Of a stretch of DNA of 39,697 nt, positions 9,817 through 20,308 are shown one piece after another. Made by a program: the position numbers and the translations under genes. Every line of letters starts with the position of its first letter. Positions within the stretch are counted from its first letter, which is position 1. Location: assembly GCA_030689845.1 (NCBI GenBank), contig JAUYHV010000189.1, forward strand, positions 1 through 39,697, read 5' to 3'. The stretch is from Dehalococcoidia bacterium (lineage in GTDB: Bacteria > Chloroflexota > Dehalococcoidia > JACQUA01). The notes below the pieces were generated by a model. It was not told the DNA's origin. It made no database searches and saw only the letters and a list, made by a program, of their open reading frames with translations.

Positions 9817-9990
9817 TCCTGGGGAGGATTTCTCCCCGGGAAAGGTTTTTATTGATTTTCTTCGATATAACCTGAAATTTATTACTTTTACGAGGTGGGG
9901 TAAATTAAGTAAAGAGTAAATTTTATAGCATTATTTTATAAGGTTATAGCGAAGATTGAGATGAGCCCCCACGAAGAGGGCTCATTTTAG
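9817..9990 (+). promoter_or_regulatory. Structured rpsL leader with two hairpins, the second terminator-like
   Basis: CCTGGGGAG/CTCCCCGGG stem at 9818-9840 and ATGAGCCC/GGGCTCAT stem at 9961-9985 followed by TTTAGTGTT. Confidence 0.5.
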
Positions 9991-10016
9991 TGTTAAAACC
10001 AGGAAGGAAACAGGAT

Positions 10017-10442
10017 TTGCCTACTATTAATCAGCTTGTCCGAAAGGGTAGAAAAAGAATAGTAAAAAAGACCAAAGCTCCGGCATTGAGATTTACCTTT
10101 AATGCCTTGACTAACAGGTCTTCCGAGGGAGAAGGTTCTCCTCAGAAAAGGGGTGTTTGTCTCCAGGTGAAGACAATGACCCCCAAGAAACCTAACTCCG
10201 CCCTGCGGAAAATAGCCCGCGTCAGGCTGACCAATGGCATGGAAGTCACAGCATACATTCCCGGGGAAGGGCACAACCTCCAGGAGCACTCGGTGGTTCT
10301 TGTTCGGGGAGGCAGGGTTAAAGACCTGCCAGGTGTTCGCTATCACATTGTAAGGGGCGCCCTCGATGCCGGCGGTGTTACCGCCCGCAAACGGGGACGC
10401 AGCAAGTACGGCGCTAAAAAAGTTAAGATTGCCGCTAAGTAA
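10017..10442 (+). CDS. rpsL: 30S ribosomal protein S12
   Basis: MPTINQLVR start (TTG 10017), [22 protein letters not shown]. Confidence 0.98.
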   Translation: MPTINQLVRKGRKRIVKKTKAPALRFTFNALTNRSSEGEGSPQKRGVCLQVKTMTPKKPNSALRKIARVRLTNGMEVTAYIPGEGHNLQEHSVVLVRGGRVKDLPGVRYHIVRGALDAGGVTARKRGRSKYGAKKVKIAAK

Positions 10443-10478
10443 ACGTTATTTATATATATTTAATATTGGAAAAGTAAT

Positions 10479-10949
10479 ATGCCAAGACGAGCAAGAGTTT
10501 TTAAGAAGAGAGTCATTCCGGACCCGAAATTTAATAACCTCGTCGTTTCAAAATTTATCAATGCCATGATGTCCAAAGGCAAAAAGAGCACTGCCAGGGC
10601 GCTGGTCTATGACAGTTTCGAAATTATTGAGAAGCAGACAAAGAAGGACCCTATTGAGGTTTTTGAACTGGCTATTAAGAATACTACTCCCCTCCTCCAG
10701 GTAAAACCGAGGAGAGTGGGTGGTGCTACCTACCAGGTTCCCGTGGAAGTGCTGCCCGACCGGGGGTTGTTTCTCGCGGTAAAGTGGCTGCTGGCAGTAG
10801 CCCGCTCGCGAAAAGGGAAACCCATGGCTGTTAAACTAGCAGGGGAAATCATGGATGCCTCCCAGGGACAGGGAGCAACGATTAAAAAACGGGAAGATAC
10901 CCATAAAATGGCCGAGGCCAACAGGGCCTTTGCTCATTACAGATGGTAA
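10479..10949 (+). CDS. rpsG: 30S ribosomal protein S7
   Basis: MPRR, RRVGGATYQVP, HKMAEANRAFAHYRW. Confidence 0.98.
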   Translation: MPRRARVFKKRVIPDPKFNNLVVSKFINAMMSKGKKSTARALVYDSFEIIEKQTKKDPIEVFELAIKNTTPLLQVKPRRVGGATYQVPVEVLPDRGLFLAVKWLLAVARSRKGKPMAVKLAGEIMDASQGQGATIKKREDTHKMAEANRAFAHYRW

Positions 10950-11023
10950 TTTGATTTAATATTATGCTAAAGGCACAACGGGGAACACCCCAGTTAAGTA
11001 AATCTGACGTTCGAGAAAAAACA

Positions 11024-13111
11024 ATGGTTCGCAATTTTCCTTTAACGCAAATCCGTAACATAGGAATCATTGCGCACATAGATGCCGGTAAGACAACCGT
11101 TACCGAGAGGATTCTTTATTATACGGGCCGTACTTACAAAATCGGCGAGGTGCATGAGGGCAATGCCGTGATGGACTGGATGCCCCAGGAAAAGGAACGG
11201 GGTATTACCATAACTTCGGCAGCTACGACATGCCACTGGCTGGATTGCCGCATCAACATTATCGACACCCCGGGACATGTGGACTTTACTGCTGAAGTTG
11301 AGAGAAGTTTAAGAATTCTGGATGGCGGCGTGGTAGTTTTCGACGGCGTCGGCGGCGTGGAACCGCAGTCCGAAACAGTCTGGCGGCAGGCCAACAAGTA
11401 CAAGGTACCCCGTATTTGTTTTATTAATAAAATGGACCGTCCCGGGGCAAACTACCATCGCACCATATCCATGATAGAGGAACGCCTTAAAGCGGTACCC
11501 TTGCCCATCCAGTTACCCCTGGGGATCGAGGAATTTTACAAGGGAATAATTGACCTTGTAGAAGAAAAGGCCTGGGTGTTCAGCGAAGACGTTACCACCA
11601 AGCCGCAGCCCTCACCAATACCTTCGGAGTACGCGGATGCCGTCAAAAAGTACAGGGACGGAATGCTGGAGAAACTGGCCGAAAACGACGACCATTTTTT
11701 ACTGGCTTACCTGGAGGGCGGAAACATTGAGATTGAAGAGATAAAAAACGCCATTCGCCGGGCAACGGTGAATAATAAAATTGTGCCTGTTTTATGCGGA
11801 AGCGCTTTGAAGAATAAGGGCGTTCAGCCCCTTCTGGATGCCGTGGTTAATTATTTACCCTCGCCGCTGGATACTCTGCCCGTTGAAGGAAATAACCCCG
11901 ATACCGGGGAACAAGAAATCCGGAATGCCAGTGACGAAGAACCGTTTGCGGCACTGGCATTCAAAGTTGTGACAGACCCCTTCGTGGGACGCTTGGTTTA
12001 TTTCCGGACATACTCGGGAAAGGCCTCCATAGGCACCCAGGTAATAAATTCCACCAGGGGTAAGAAAGAAAGGATAGGCAGGCTCCTGTTGATGCATGCC
12101 AACAGGAGAGAAGATATAGATGATGTGGATACAGGGACCATAGCGGCGACACTCGGGATGAAGAGCACGTTTACAGGGGACACGCTTTGCAGCCCGGACC
12201 ATCCTATTATCCTGGAGAATATCCGTTTCCCCGTGCCTGTTATTTCCCTGGCAATAGAGCCGAAGACAAAGGCCGATGAGGACAAAATGGGCGAAGCGCT
12301 GACGAAGCTGGCCCAGGAGGACCCGACTTTCCAGGTTCACTTTGACAAGGAGACGGGACAGACCGTTATTTCGGGAATGGGTGAATTGCACCTGGAGGTA
12401 CTGGTGGAGCGGATGCTAAGGGAGTTCCGGGTATCCGCTTCGGTGGGTAAACCACAGGTCGCCTATAAAGAGGCCATAACCGAGTCTGTGAAATCCGAAG
12501 GCCGTTTCGTGCGGCAGTCAGGCGGCCACGGACAGTTTGGCCATGTGTGGCTGCAACTGGAACCTAACGTCCGGGGCGGCGGCTTTGTGTTCGAGAACAA
12601 GGTTATCGGGGGTGTTATTCCCCGGGAATATATCCCATCGGTTGAAGAAGGAATCCGGGAGGCTCTGGAGACCGGCGTTATCGCCGGTTACCCTATTATA
12701 GATTTAAAAGCCACTCTTGTAGACGGCAGTTACCACGATGTTGATTCATCGGAAATTGCATTCAAAATGGCCGGCTCTATTGCTTTGAGGCACGGCGTTT
12801 CGAAGGCAAAGCCGATTCTGTTAGAACCTATAATGAAGCTCGATGTTATAGTACCGCTGGAGTATATGGGTGATATTATCGGGGACCTGAACTCCAGGAG
12901 GGGAAAGATCGAGGGAATAGAGACACGGGTTGATGCCTGTACAGTCAGCTGCCATATACCGCTGGCCGAGACCTTCGGTTACGCTACCAGGATAAGGTCT
13001 TTAACCCAGGGCAGAGCGACTTATTATATGGAATTGTTTCAATACGAACAAGTGCCTTCTTCTGTTTCGGAGGTGATTATAGGTAAAAGCGGCAGGAAAA
13101 GTAGTGTATAA
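11024..13111 (+). CDS. fusA: Elongation factor G
   Basis: [41 protein letters not shown]. Start at ATG 11024 by analogy to the usual EF-G N-terminus. Confidence 0.98.
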   Translation: MVRNFPLTQIRNIGIIAHIDAGKTTVTERILYYTGRTYKIGEVHEGNAVMDWMPQEKERGITITSAATTCHWLDCRINIIDTPGHVDFTAEVERSLRILDGGVVVFDGVGGVEPQSETVWRQANKYKVPRICFINKMDRPGANYHRTISMIEERLKAVPLPIQLPLGIEEFYKGIIDLVEEKAWVFSEDVTTKPQPSPIPSEYADAVKKYRDGMLEKLAENDDHFLLAYLEGGNIEIEEIKNAIRRATVNNKIVPVLCGSALKNKGVQPLLDAVVNYLPSPLDTLPVEGNNPDTGEQEIRNASDEEPFAALAFKVVTDPFVGRLVYFRTYSGKASIGTQVINSTRGKKERIGRLLLMHANRREDIDDVDTGTIAATLGMKSTFTGDTLCSPDHPIILENIRFPVPVISLAIEPKTKADEDKMGEALTKLAQEDPTFQVHFDKETGQTVISGMGELHLEVLVERMLREFRVSASVGKPQVAYKEAITESVKSEGRFVRQSGGHGQFGHVWLQLEPNVRGGGFVFENKVIGGVIPREYIPSVEEGIREALETGVIAGYPIIDLKATLVDGSYHDVDSSEIAFKMAGSIALRHGVSKAKPILLEPIMKLDVIVPLEYMGDIIGDLNSRRGKIEGIETRVDACTVSCHIPLAETFGYATRIRSLTQGRATYYMELFQYEQVPSSVSEVIIGKSGRKSSV

Positions 13112-13113
13112 AA

Positions 13114-13422
13114 ATGGCTAAACAAAAAATACGCATCAAACTAAAGGCATTTGATCATAAGCTGCTGGACCAGTCGGCGGAACAGATCGTTGAAACCGCT
13201 GAAAAAACCGGCGCAAATGTTGCCGGACCTGTGCCCCTTCCCACCCATATAATGAAGATTTGTGTTAACAGGTCAACAAATATCGACAAGGATTCCAGGG
13301 AGCAGTTCGAAATCAGGACCCATAAGCGCTTGATAGACATATTGGACCCGACGGCGAAAACCATCGATGCCTTAACCAAATTGAATTTACCCTCCGGCGT
13401 GGAGATTGAAATAAAACTGTAA
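13114..13422 (+). CDS. rpsJ: 30S ribosomal protein S10
   Basis: [34 protein letters not shown]. Confidence 0.98.
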   Translation: MAKQKIRIKLKAFDHKLLDQSAEQIVETAEKTGANVAGPVPLPTHIMKICVNRSTNIDKDSREQFEIRTHKRLIDILDPTAKTIDALTKLNLPSGVEIEIKL

Positions 13423-13444
13423 TAATAAATATTTGGAAATGTTT

Positions 13445-14071
13445 ATGATACGAGGCATATTGGGAAAAAAAATAGGGATGACAAGGGTAATAGGGGAAAG
13501 CGGCGTTTTTGATACGGTAACGGTCATCGAGGCCGGCCCCTGCGTGGCAGTACAGATTAAAAATAAAGAAAAAGACGGCTATAGCGCCGTGCAGTTGGGC
13601 TTCGGACAGGCTAAAAAGCTGAATGCCGCTGCCAAAGGTCATCTAAAGGGCCTTGGCTCCTTCAGGTATCTCAGGGAAGTTGAAATGGATAGCTCCGGGA
13701 CGCCGGAGGTGGGGCAGGTTTTCGACGTAAGCATTTTCGAGGTTGGAAGCCGCGTAGATATTGTCGGCGTCACCAAGGGTAAAGGATTTGCCGGGGTAGT
13801 AAAAAGGCATCATTTTGCCGGCGGTCCAAAAACCCACGGCCAGTCGGACAGGTGGCGCGCCCCGGGTTCCATCGGCGCAGGTACTTCTCCCGGGCGTGTC
13901 TGGAAAGGGCAGAAGATGGCCGGGCACATGGGGCATGACGCATTGACCCAGCGTAATTTGAAAGTTATTCTTACAGACCCCCAGAAACAACTGCTCCTGG
14001 TAAGGGGCGCGGTTCCTGGGGCAAAAAACGATGTGGTATTGATAAAACAATCGAAGTGGGAGAAAAGTTAA
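13445..14071 (+). CDS. rplC: 50S ribosomal protein L3
   Basis: GILGKKIGMT, KGKGFAGVVKRH, APGSIG, KMAGHMG. Start at ATG 13445 or 13439. Confidence 0.97.
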   Translation: MIRGILGKKIGMTRVIGESGVFDTVTVIEAGPCVAVQIKNKEKDGYSAVQLGFGQAKKLNAAAKGHLKGLGSFRYLREVEMDSSGTPEVGQVFDVSIFEVGSRVDIVGVTKGKGFAGVVKRHHFAGGPKTHGQSDRWRAPGSIGAGTSPGRVWKGQKMAGHMGHDALTQRNLKVILTDPQKQLLLVRGAVPGAKNDVVLIKQSKWEKS

Positions 14072-14073
14072 CC

Positions 14074-14715
14074 ATGGAAGTTGCAGTCTTAAATACCACC
14101 GGTGATACTGTCTCCCAGTTACAAATCAGTGATTACGTCTTTAACATACCTGTTAATACCGCTGTCATGCACCAGGTCCTGGTCGCCCAGAATAATAATG
14201 CCCGGCTGGGAACCGCAAATACGAAGACCAGGAGCGAAGTCACGGGCAGCACCAGGAAATTGTTCGCCCAGAAACACACGGGAAGAGCCAGAAGGGGCTC
14301 CATTAAGTCACCGCTCCTGAAGGGTGGTGGAATCGTTTTCGGACCTCATCCCAGGAGTTACAAGCAAAAACTAAATAAAAAAATGAAATCCCTGGCCATT
14401 CGAAGCGCTCTGTCGAGCAAAACCAGGGAAAACCAGTTCCTGGTACTCGATGAGCTGAAAGTAAACAGCCCAAAAACAAAAGAAATCATAAATGTTATGA
14501 AAAACCTGGGTATTTCTTCTACGGTGCTTTTTGTGACCACCCAGCCTTCAAATGAGCTGAAGTTCAGTGCCCGGAATGTGCCCGAGATAAAAGTTTTACC
14601 CTTGGATTCGATAAATTTAGCGGATTTGTTGAAATTTAACAGTTTAGCAATGACCGTGGATGCGATACGAAAAGCTGAGGATATGTGGGGACAGCAAGAA
14701 CCCGGGGATAAGTAG
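14074..14715 (+). CDS. rplD: 50S ribosomal protein L4
   Basis: GTANTKTRSEV, QKHTGRARRGS, GGGIVFGP. Start at ATG 14074, just after the rplC stop. Confidence 0.97.
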   Translation: MEVAVLNTTGDTVSQLQISDYVFNIPVNTAVMHQVLVAQNNNARLGTANTKTRSEVTGSTRKLFAQKHTGRARRGSIKSPLLKGGGIVFGPHPRSYKQKLNKKMKSLAIRSALSSKTRENQFLVLDELKVNSPKTKEIINVMKNLGISSTVLFVTTQPSNELKFSARNVPEIKVLPLDSINLADLLKFNSLAMTVDAIRKAEDMWGQQEPGDK

Positions 14716-14732
14716 ATCAAGAGGATTCAAAA

Positions 14733-15017
14733 ATGCACCTTTACGAAGTTCTAAGGCGGCCTTTGGTAACAGAAAAAAATACCATACTTCAGGAACTGGG
14801 AAAATATGTTTTTGAAGTGCACAAGAATGCCAACAAGCCTATGGTTAAACAGGCTGTCCAGCTCGCTTTCAAAGTCAAGGTTGAAAAGGTTAATATAATC
14901 AACGTTCACGGTGAAAAGAAAAGGTTCGGTGCCAGGATGATAACCACGCCTTCATGGAAAAAAGCCGTAGTGACACTAAAAAAAGGTGACAAGATTCAGA
15001 TATTCGAAGGTATTTAG
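14733..15017 (+). CDS. rplW: 50S ribosomal protein L23
   Basis: RPLVTEK, YVFEV, WKKAVVTL; operon position. Confidence 0.97.
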   Translation: MHLYEVLRRPLVTEKNTILQELGKYVFEVHKNANKPMVKQAVQLAFKVKVEKVNIINVHGEKKRFGARMITTPSWKKAVVTLKKGDKIQIFEGI

Positions 15018-15057
15018 TTTTTAAGATGATTGTTAAAAAAGGTACAGGAGAATTATT

Positions 15058-15891
15058 TTGGGTTTAAAGAATTTTAAGCCTACGTCCCCGGGCAGAAGGG
15101 GTATGGTAGGATTTTCTTTCGACGAGATAACCAAAACGGAACCTGAGAAGTCCCTTATCCATCCCCGCAAGAACAACGCCGGACGTAACTACCAGGGTCG
15201 CATAAGCGTGCGTCACAGGGGTGGTGGGAGCAAGCGTATGCTCAGGGATATCGATTTCAAGAGGGATAATATCGGCGTGCCTGGCAAGGTAGCAGCCATT
15301 GAATACGATCCCAATCGCACAGCCCGCATCGCCCTGGTCCATTATGCCGATGGTGATAAGCGGTACATCCTGGCTCCGGTGGGACTGGCGGTCGGTGATA
15401 CCGTGAACGCCGGAAGCAGCGCTGAAATAAAACCGGGGAATGCCCTTCCCTTGAAAGATATTCCTGTAGGCACGATGATTCATAACCTGGAGCTTTACAG
15501 GGGTAAGGGGGCCCAGCTTGTCCGTTCTGCGGGCCAGGCGGCCCAGTTGATGGCCAGGGAAGAAAAATATGCCCTTATACGTTTGCCGTCGCTGGAATTA
15601 AGAAGAATAAACATAGAGTGCATGGCTACTATCGGTCAGGTCGGCAATGTGGAGCACCAGAATATAGTTCTTGGTAAAGCCGGTAGGAGCAGGTGGCTGA
15701 GGAGGAGGCCCTCGGTACGCGGTACTGCCATGAATCCGAGAGACCATCCGCATGGCGGGGGCGAAGGGCGAAGCCCGATTGGGCTCACCGGACCGAAAAC
15801 ACCCTGGGGAAAGCCGGCACTGGGATACAAGACCAGGCGGCGTAAAGATACCGGCAAAATGATTGTTAAACGTCGATCTAAAAATAGGTAA
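15058..15891 (+). CDS. rplB: 50S ribosomal protein L2
   Basis: [35 protein letters not shown] start with AGGAG SD. Confidence 0.98.
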   Translation: MGLKNFKPTSPGRRGMVGFSFDEITKTEPEKSLIHPRKNNAGRNYQGRISVRHRGGGSKRMLRDIDFKRDNIGVPGKVAAIEYDPNRTARIALVHYADGDKRYILAPVGLAVGDTVNAGSSAEIKPGNALPLKDIPVGTMIHNLELYRGKGAQLVRSAGQAAQLMAREEKYALIRLPSLELRRINIECMATIGQVGNVEHQNIVLGKAGRSRWLRRRPSVRGTAMNPRDHPHGGGEGRSPIGLTGPKTPWGKPALGYKTRRRKDTGKMIVKRRSKNR

Positions 15892-15903
15892 GGAAAGTAA
15901 ATA

Positions 15904-16173
15904 ATGTCCAGGTCAGTAAAAAAAGGGCCGTATATTGACCCCAAGTTAATGAAAAAAGTAGAGGCTGTCAACAGTTCCGGCCAGAAAACTGTAATAAAAA
16001 CCTGGGCCCGGGCATGTACTGTGATTCCGGAAATGCTCGGCCATACTATCGGGGTTCATGACGGTAGGCGTCACGTCCCGGTCTTCATTACGGAAAACAT
16101 GGTCGGCCATAAACTGGGTGAGTTTGCTCCTACCAGGACATTCCGTGGCCACTCGTCTAAGAGCAAGGAATAA
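15904..16173 (+). CDS. rpsS: 30S ribosomal protein S19
   Basis: [21 protein letters not shown]. Confidence 0.98.
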   Translation: MSRSVKKGPYIDPKLMKKVEAVNSSGQKTVIKTWARACTVIPEMLGHTIGVHDGRRHVPVFITENMVGHKLGEFAPTRTFRGHSSKSKE

Positions 16174-16224
16174 AAAAGGAGTTAACTGGTAAAATCAATT
16201 AGGAACCCAGCCAGAGATATAATT

Positions 16225-16563
16225 ATGCAAGTTAAAGCAGTAGCAAAAAACGTCGGAGTATCCTTTAAGAAAATGCAGCTTATCGTGGATACGGTCCGGA
16301 ATAAGAAAGTGGACGAAGGTCTGGCCGTTTTAAAGTTCTTACCTTCTCCCTCCGCCCGACATGTGGCAAAAGTAGTAAAATCTGCTGCCGCAAATGCGGA
16401 AAATAATTATCACTTGATACCGGCCAACCTGAAAATCGTAGGCATTTACGCTGACAAAGGAAGGACTTTGAAAAGGTTCAGAGCCAGGGCCAGGGGACGG
16501 GCCAGCCGTATTTTAAAACGTTCCTGTCATCTTACTGTAATAGTAGAAGAAAAGGAGGGATGA
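16225..16563 (+). CDS. rplV: 50S ribosomal protein L22
   Basis: KSAAANAENN, KRFRARARGRA, HLTVIV. Confidence 0.97.
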   Translation: MQVKAVAKNVGVSFKKMQLIVDTVRNKKVDEGLAVLKFLPSPSARHVAKVVKSAAANAENNYHLIPANLKIVGIYADKGRTLKRFRARARGRASRILKRSCHLTVIVEEKEG

Positions 16564-17322
16564 TTGGGACACAAAGTTAATCCTATAAGTTTTCGGCTGG
16601 GAATTACCCGGACCTGGCAAGCGAGATGGTACGCGGACAAGCAGTACCCGCAGCTGGTTCAGGAAGATTTGAAACTGCGTAAAGTTATCAAGAGTAATTA
16701 CCGGGACGGCGCTATCGCCAATGTGATAATAGAGCGAAAGGTTAACGAAATTACCATCACTCTTCACACTGCCAGGCCGGGAATAATAATCGGTAAAAGC
16801 GGACAACGCATAGACCAGATGAGAGCAACACTTGAAAAACTCACGGATAAGAAAGTAAGGCTGGTTATCCAGGAAATCCGGCAAGCGGAACTGGAAGCAC
16901 CCCTTGTTGCCCAGAACATCGCCGACCAGATTGAAAGGCGGGCTTCATACCGCCGTGCTATGAAACAAGCCCTCCTGCGAACAATGCAGTCAGGCGCCAA
17001 GGGTATAAAGGTGGGTTGTGCTGGCAGGTTGGGAGGCGCGGAAATAGCCAGGAGAGAAACCATGCGGCAAGGACGCGTTCCATTGGCGACCCTCCGGGCT
17101 GATATTGATTACGGGTTCGCAGAGGCCAATACCGCCCAGGGCAAGGTAGGCATAAAGGTGTGGATTTATAAGGGAGATGTTTTCGAAGAGAAGGCTCCAG
17201 TGCCGCTGGAGGAAATGAAGGCAAAAACCGGACCGGTAGAGAGCCTGGTAGGAAACCCGGTTGAAGGTTCTGCAGTGGAAACAATAATACAATTAACGGA
17301 GAACCCAGATGTTGCAGCCTAA
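16564..17322 (+). CDS. rpsC: 30S ribosomal protein S3
   Basis: [14 protein letters not shown] domain [27 protein letters not shown] start directly after the rplV stop. Confidence 0.98.
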   Translation: MGHKVNPISFRLGITRTWQARWYADKQYPQLVQEDLKLRKVIKSNYRDGAIANVIIERKVNEITITLHTARPGIIIGKSGQRIDQMRATLEKLTDKKVRLVIQEIRQAELEAPLVAQNIADQIERRASYRRAMKQALLRTMQSGAKGIKVGCAGRLGGAEIARRETMRQGRVPLATLRADIDYGFAEANTAQGKVGIKVWIYKGDVFEEKAPVPLEEMKAKTGPVESLVGNPVEGSAVETIIQLTENPDVAA

Positions 17323-17734
17323 GCGAGTTAAATACAGAAAGCAGCACCGCGGAAGGCGGCAAGGCGCAGCCCAGGCTGGCAATACAATTGAGTTTGGGGA
17401 ATTCGGGTTAATGGCGACGGAATCATGCTGGCTAACGGCGCGGCAGATTGAAGCCGGCCGCCGGGCTATTACTCACCGTCTATCCAGGGGCGGAAAAGTG
17501 TGGGTACGCGCTTTTCCGGATAAACCGGTTTCGAAGAAACCCGCAGAAACGCGCATGGGCAGCGGCAAAGGGCCGCCGGACCACTGGGTAGCGGTGGTAA
17601 AAAGGAGCAAAATTCTCTTTGAGATCGCCGGAGTAAAAGAAGACATAGCCCAGGACGCCATGAGGTTAGCGGCAGGAAAACTGCCCATCCATACCAGGTT
17701 CCTGGCAAAAGCTTCGGCCGGTGATTTTAAATAG
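17309..17734 (+). CDS. rplP: 50S ribosomal protein L16
   Basis: [23 protein letters not shown]. Confidence 0.98.
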   Translation: MLQPKRVKYRKQHRGRRQGAAQAGNTIEFGEFGLMATESCWLTARQIEAGRRAITHRLSRGGKVWVRAFPDKPVSKKPAETRMGSGKGPPDHWVAVVKRSKILFEIAGVKEDIAQDAMRLAAGKLPIHTRFLAKASAGDFK

Positions 17735-17749
17735 GAGGGCTAAAGTATA

Positions 17750-17941
17750 TTGAAGATCCAGGAAATTCGAGCCCTCGGAACCGAGGAGTTACAGAAACAA
17801 TTGGAGGAGGCAAGGCAGGCTCTGTTTAACCTGCGTTTTCGCCTGGCTACAAGGCAGTTAGTCAACGACCGGGAGATTCCGAAAACTAAGAAAACGGTCG
17901 CCAGAATGCTGACTGTGCTCAGTGAAAGAGGATCAGCTTAA
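17750..17941 (+). CDS. rpmC: 50S ribosomal protein L29
   Basis: LFNLRF, VARMLTVLSE; operon position; TTG start with AGGAGG SD. Confidence 0.95.
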   Translation: MKIQEIRALGTEELQKQLEEARQALFNLRFRLATRQLVNDREIPKTKKTVARMLTVLSERGSA

Positions 17942-17965
17942 GGGCAGTAGAAAGATCAAACATTA

Positions 17966-18361
17966 ATGTTACAAAATAGAAAAACCCGTGTTGGCACGAT
18001 TGTAAGCGACAAGATGATTAAAACTGCAGTGGTGTCAATTGAAACACAGCAGCGCCATCGTCTGTATGGCAAAATTACTAAGAAAAGGACCAGGGTTAAG
18101 GCACATGTTGAGATTCCCGTCGAAGTCGGCGACCTGGTCAGGATTGTTGAGACACGTCCTCTTTCCAAGGAGAAGAGGTGGATCGTCCAGGAAATAGTGC
18201 AAAAAGGCAAGATGGCTGCGTGGCAGCCTTTAAGTAGCGATGAGCAAGTTTTGGGTGTGGTGGAGGAAAAGATGACAGGAGAGGTTGAACCCGTGACTGC
18301 CGGACCGGATAATATAGATCAGGAAGAAACATCAGGAACGCAAAATGATTCAGTCAACTAG
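17966..18361 (+). CDS. rpsQ: 30S ribosomal protein S17 with C-terminal extension
   Basis: [25 protein letters not shown], plus about 49 extra C-terminal residues. Confidence 0.96.
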   Translation: MLQNRKTRVGTIVSDKMIKTAVVSIETQQRHRLYGKITKKRTRVKAHVEIPVEVGDLVRIVETRPLSKEKRWIVQEIVQKGKMAAWQPLSSDEQVLGVVEEKMTGEVEPVTAGPDNIDQEETSGTQNDSVN

Positions 18362-18713
18362 CAGGTTAAGAGTAGCCGATAATTCAGGCGCTAAAAGCAT
18401 AATGTGCATAAACGTTCCCGGCGGGACCAGGAGAAGGTATGCTTTTCTTGGTGATGTCGTCGTTGCCAGTGTTAAGCAGGCTTTACCGGGGGCAGCCGTA
18501 AAAAAGGGGGATGTGGTGAGGGCGGTTGTGGTCAGGACTACTCAGCATTCAAAAAGAAAAGACGGCTCATATATCAGGTTCGATGATAACGCGGCAGTGC
18601 TTCTCAGCGAGAAAAATAATCCGAGGGGTACCAGGGTTTTCGGTCCTGTTGCCCGTGAGCTGAGGGAAAAGAATTTTATGAAAATAATTTCCCTGGCTCC
18701 GGAGGTGCTGTAA
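18345..18713 (+). CDS. rplN: 50S ribosomal protein L14
   Basis: [35 protein letters not shown]. Confidence 0.98.
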   Translation: MIQSTSRLRVADNSGAKSIMCINVPGGTRRRYAFLGDVVVASVKQALPGAAVKKGDVVRAVVVRTTQHSKRKDGSYIRFDDNAAVLLSEKNNPRGTRVFGPVARELREKNFMKIISLAPEVL

Positions 18714-18718
18714 ACACC

Positions 18719-19030
18719 ATGAAAATCCATAAAAATGATTCTGTTCTCGTAATATGCGGAAAAGATAAAGGGAAAAAGGGCAAAGTGCGGGTGGTTGACA
18801 CCAAGAAAGACCGCCTGATAGTCGACGGCGTGAACATGATAAAAAAGCACGTTCGCCCCACCGGAACGGTCAGGCAGGCCGGAATCATCGAAAGAGAAGC
18901 CCCGATTAAGGTATCCAATGTCATGGTTTTGTGCCCGAAATGCAGTAAACCGGCAAGGATAGGCCATTTGTCCCTCGAGGATGGGAAAAAGGTAAGGCTT
19001 TGCAGGGCCTGTCACGAAGTTATTGAGTAA
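18719..19030 (+). CDS. rplX: 50S ribosomal protein L24
   Basis: KOW motif GKDKGKKGKV, EAPIKVSNV. Confidence 0.97.
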   Translation: MKIHKNDSVLVICGKDKGKKGKVRVVDTKKDRLIVDGVNMIKKHVRPTGTVRQAGIIEREAPIKVSNVMVLCPKCSKPARIGHLSLEDGKKVRLCRACHEVIE

Positions 19031-19067
19031 AACAGGAAATCTATTATCCGTAAGAGAATGAATTAAA

Positions 19068-19604
19068 GTGCTAAAAGAACATTATAAGAACAATGTAATA
19101 GCTCCATTACAGGAACAACTCGGGATTAAAAATGTAATGGGGGTCCCGCGCCTGGTGAAGGTCGTGGTTAATATAGGTATGGGGGAAGCTATTACAAATG
19201 CCAAAGCGCTCGAAGCAGCAGAGAAGGACCTGACAACCATCACGGGGCAGCACCCGATAACCACAAGGAGTAAAAAATCTATCGCCGCTTTCAAACTGCG
19301 ACAGGGAATGCCAATAGGCCTCAAGGTTACCCTCCGGGGCAAGCGAATGTATGATTTTTTAGGTAAATTAATAAACTCCGTTTTACCGCGTATACGCGAT
19401 TTCCAGGGAGTTCCACGGACCGCTTTCGATAGTAAAGGGAACTATACTCTTGGTCTGAAGGAGCAACTTGTTTTTCCCGAGATTGAATATGACAAGGTGG
19501 ACAAAATCAGGGGTATGGAGATAACGATTGTTACAACTGCGGCCTCTCGCGAAGAAGGTGAAAAGTTTTTAGAACTATTAGGAATGCCTTTTATTAGGAA
19601 CTAG
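19068..19604 (+). CDS. rplE: 50S ribosomal protein L5
   Basis: [30 protein letters not shown] start. Confidence 0.97.
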   Translation: MLKEHYKNNVIAPLQEQLGIKNVMGVPRLVKVVVNIGMGEAITNAKALEAAEKDLTTITGQHPITTRSKKSIAAFKLRQGMPIGLKVTLRGKRMYDFLGKLINSVLPRIRDFQGVPRTAFDSKGNYTLGLKEQLVFPEIEYDKVDKIRGMEITIVTTAASREEGEKFLELLGMPFIRN

Positions 19605-19618
19605 GTTAAGGTTTAATT

Positions 19619-19804
19619 ATGGCTAAAACATCCAAAATAGTAAAATCCCGCCGTACGCCAAAGTTTAAAGTGCAAAAACGCAATCGTTGCCAGGCCTGCG
19701 GAAGACCTCGGGGCTATATAAGGAAATTTGCACTTTGTCGTATATGTTTTCGCCGCCTGGCCGCCTTCGGGGAGTTGCCCGGCGTAACAAAGTCAAGCTG
19801 GTAA
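19619..19804 (+). CDS. rpsN: 30S ribosomal protein S14, zinc-binding (type Z)
   Basis: 61 aa, RCQACGRP...LCRICFR, GVTKSSW. Confidence 0.97.
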   Translation: MAKTSKIVKSRRTPKFKVQKRNRCQACGRPRGYIRKFALCRICFRRLAAFGELPGVTKSSW

Positions 19805-19882
19805 AGAAGCAATAAAAAGGTAATAATAATTAGTTAATATTCAAAAGTAATCAAACGGCGAGGTTGGATAAAAATAAAGAAA

Positions 19883-20287
19883 ATGAGCTATATGGTTAAT
19901 GATCCGATTGCAGATATGCTGACCAGGATTCGCAACGCTCTTATGGTTAAACACCCGATGGTGTTGATTCCCGCCAGCGCGATCAAACTCGCTGTTGCAC
20001 GAATAATGCGGGATGAAGGGTATTGCGAAGATTATGAAGTATTGAAGGGAGACCCCCAGAGAGTTATCAAGGTCAATCTGAGATACGGGGAAAAAAAACA
20101 ACCGGTTATTAACGGATTAAGAAGGATAAGTAAACCCAGCAGAAGGATTTACGTTAAAAGGGCCAAAATTCCCAGGGTTTATTCTGGTCTTGGCGTTGCC
20201 ATTCTGTCTACACCTAAGGGTATTATGACAGGAAAGGAAGCCAGGAGGGCCAATGTCGGCGGGGAATTGCTTTGCTATATCTGGTAA
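19883..20287 (+). CDS. rpsH: 30S ribosomal protein S8
   Basis: DPIADMLTRIRNA, ILSTPKG, GGELLCYIW. Alternative start at ATG 19892. Confidence 0.98.
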   Translation: MSYMVNDPIADMLTRIRNALMVKHPMVLIPASAIKLAVARIMRDEGYCEDYEVLKGDPQRVIKVNLRYGEKKQPVINGLRRISKPSRRIYVKRAKIPRVYSGLGVAILSTPKGIMTGKEARRANVGGELLCYIW

Positions 20288-20308
20288 ATAATCTTTCACG
20301 AGGACAAA

